From: a virus
Taxonomy: Duplodnaviria > Caudoviricetes
IMG/VR virus record: IMGVR_UViG_3300032330_001210
Span: 1 to 33,346 of that record
DNA length: 33,346 bases
Reading direction: 5' to 3' (one strand)
The notes beneath the pieces are model-generated. The model saw nothing but the letters and a program-made list of their open reading frames with translations. It had not been told where the DNA came from and made no database searches. The position numbers were made by a program, and so were the translations under genes. Each line of letters begins with the position of its first letter. Position 1 is the first letter of the stretch. Of this stretch, positions 31,962 through 33,346 are shown in pieces.

Positions 31962-33346
31962 TCGCCCGCGGGTGTCAACGATTCCTCATCGAGCGCGGCC
32001 GTCGGCCTGATGATTTTCCCATACACGGCAAAGCCGGCCAGATAGGTCTCGCAGTCATACAAGTGATCTTGCCGGCTTTTGATTCGCACCCATTCATATA
32101 GATCCTTTCCTGTCTTTCGATTGATGCGGTGGATCTTTTTGTGAGAGCTCATGTGTTCTTTGTATTGTGGGGAAACGTCGTGAGCCACTTCCCACAGCGG
32201 CCCCTGCCCTCGGCGCAACCATGCCAGCAAATCCTGACAGGCCGGTGAACTGAGCAGGATCAGCATGCAGCCGGCGTCGGTGGGCTGCGTTGCGCTGTGT
32301 ACAGATTTCATGCGGCCCCGCGGAGTTTCGATCCAATAAAACGGACGCTCCTCACCTTTCAACGCCGTGAACTTATAGCGGGCCGCGATCCGGTATGTGT
32401 CTTGCGCTTCAAACCCGGAGTCGATGCAGACGTGCCTCGGATCCACGCCGAGCTCGTGGAGTGTTTGCGCCACGTCCTCGATCGTTCGGCGTCGCCCTTC
32501 CTCAATCAGTCGACTCGATCCATCCCTGGCGAACGCACGCACGACGAACCAGTATTCGTCGATCTGTCTATCTATGGCCGCAAGTTTTATATGTTCCGTT
32601 TCCCATGATTGCCTTTTCGCAAAAGCGCCCGCGGGAATGTCCACAGTTTTGTCGTCGTCGAATTGATCTTCCCACGGCATCGCGCTCCACCCGTTCACGA
32701 ATCCCTGCAATCCGTGCAGATAATGCTTTTCGGTCAGGAACTTTTTGGCGCAGTCGGCGATCGTGACGCTCAGCGAATAATACGACGGCAGCCGAAAGCT
32801 ACGCCGGCCGGGTTCGGCGTTTGGATTGTTGGCCACCCACTTCCCTTGTTCGATTGCCTTACGCCGTTCGCCTTCAGTCCACGGGTGATCGCATTTTGTG
32901 CAGTGATACCGTGCCGTCTCCCCCACCTTTTTCATGTCCCACTTTCCGTTAGCGTCCCGGGCTGCGTCGTCCCATCGCACCTGCCCGAATTCCATCGCCT
33001 GCGATTCGTTGCAGGCCGGACATGGCACATGATAGGTCTCCTGAGATCCGGCCAGATAGTTCGTCCAAATATCGCCTGTGCTGAGTGTGGGCGTGCTTGT
33101 GAGGACGTGTTTGCGCGCTGGGAACGCCTTCGTGCGTTCTAGGCATAGCGACATGGCGGAAGTTTCCTTGTCAGTAGGCGGCGCAAACTTGTCGAGCTCG
33201 TCGAGCACGGCGATGCAGACAGGACGGCTGGAGATGTTGGCCGGACTGTTCGATCCGGTCAGCGTCAGCGTGCAGTTTAGAAATTGCATTTCCAGATTTG
33301 CAAAGTCGTCGCTGTCGTAAGGAAACAGCGCTTTGACCGGCTTGCA
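31958..33346 (-). CDS. terL: Terminase large subunit, C-terminal part (GpA family; begins at 486 across the junction)
   Basis: VLDELDKF Walker B, STPT, CPAC and CTKC zinc motifs, AIDRQ, IDSG, H.YDCE.Y nuclease motifs. Confidence 0.95.
   Translation of the reverse strand, partial: CKPVKALFPYDSDDFANLEMQFLNCTLTLTGSNSPANISSRPVCIAVLDELDKFAPPTDKETSAMSLCLERTKAFPARKHVLTSTPTLSTGDIWTNYLAGSQETYHVPCPACNESQAMEFGQVRWDDAARDANGKWDMKKVGETARYHCTKCDHPWTEGERRKAIEQGKWVANNPNAEPGRRSFRLPSYYSLSVTIADCAKKFLTEKHYLHGLQGFVNGWSAMPWEDQFDDDKTVDIPAGAFAKRQSWETEHIKLAAIDRQIDEYWFVVRAFARDGSSRLIEEGRRRTIEDVAQTLHELGVDPRHVCIDSGFEAQDTYRIAARYKFTALKGEERPFYWIETPRGRMKSVHSATQPTDAGCMLILLSSPACQDLLAWLRRGQGPLWEVAHDVSPQYKEHMSSHKKIHRINRKTGKDLYEWVRIKSRQDHLYDCETYLAGFAVYGKIIRPTAALDEESLTPAGE
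33224..33346. repeat. Terminal direct repeat, right copy (123 bp)
   Basis: Identical to 1-123. Confidence 0.97.

Noticed and set aside
13416-31978. TTGACA copies as ordinary sigma-70 -35 boxes
   Set aside because: A 17-nt spacer would put the -10 box and start site inside the coding sequence; kept instead as a non-canonical motif
636-33320. Long plus-strand ORFs (e.g. 1657..2202, 4892..5398, 6817..7374, 28348..28935, 32609..33142)
   Set aside because: All are antisense shadows of motif-bearing minus-strand genes in GC-rich DNA and carry no recognisable motifs
1-33346. tRNA, rRNA or alternative genetic code
   Set aside because: Intergenic gaps are short with no cloverleaf noticed; genes translate intact with the standard code and all three stop codons are used

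Overview
The window is an apparently complete, circularly assembled tailed-phage genome (Caudoviricetes, siphovirus-like) of 33,223 unique bp. Bases 1-123 are identical to 33224-33346, and the terminase large subunit is split across that junction. Essentially all real genes are on the minus strand, many coupled by ATGA/GTGA overlaps. Reading right to left: lambda GpA-type TerL, head-tail adaptor, extended lambda-type portal, prohead protease/scaffold, major capsid, head-tail joining protein, a five-gene glycosyltransferase / ThDP-enzyme / radical SAM insert, tail genes with a -1 frameshift chaperone, a short tape measure, fibre and lectin-like genes, lysis genes (holin, spanins, M15 endolysin, implying a diderm host), a phosphoesterase module, early and replication genes (SSB-like, PD-(D/E)XK exonuclease, primase-helicase), TerS, and a TGT-like/QueD/NDT insert between TerS and TerL. 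I recognised no integrase, CI-type repressor, tRNA or CRISPR array. The best candidates for new biology are (1) the GT2-TPR-GT2 + GT9-like + minimal E1-alpha/beta + radical SAM operon inside the virion module, a possible branched-sugar virion glycosylation system; (2) the TGT-like/QueD/NDT cassette; (3) a TTGACA(C/T) motif 13-16 nt upstream of eight late-gene start codons; and (4) a probable -1 frameshift that extends the portal. All functional calls come from motifs recognised by eye; no database search was run.
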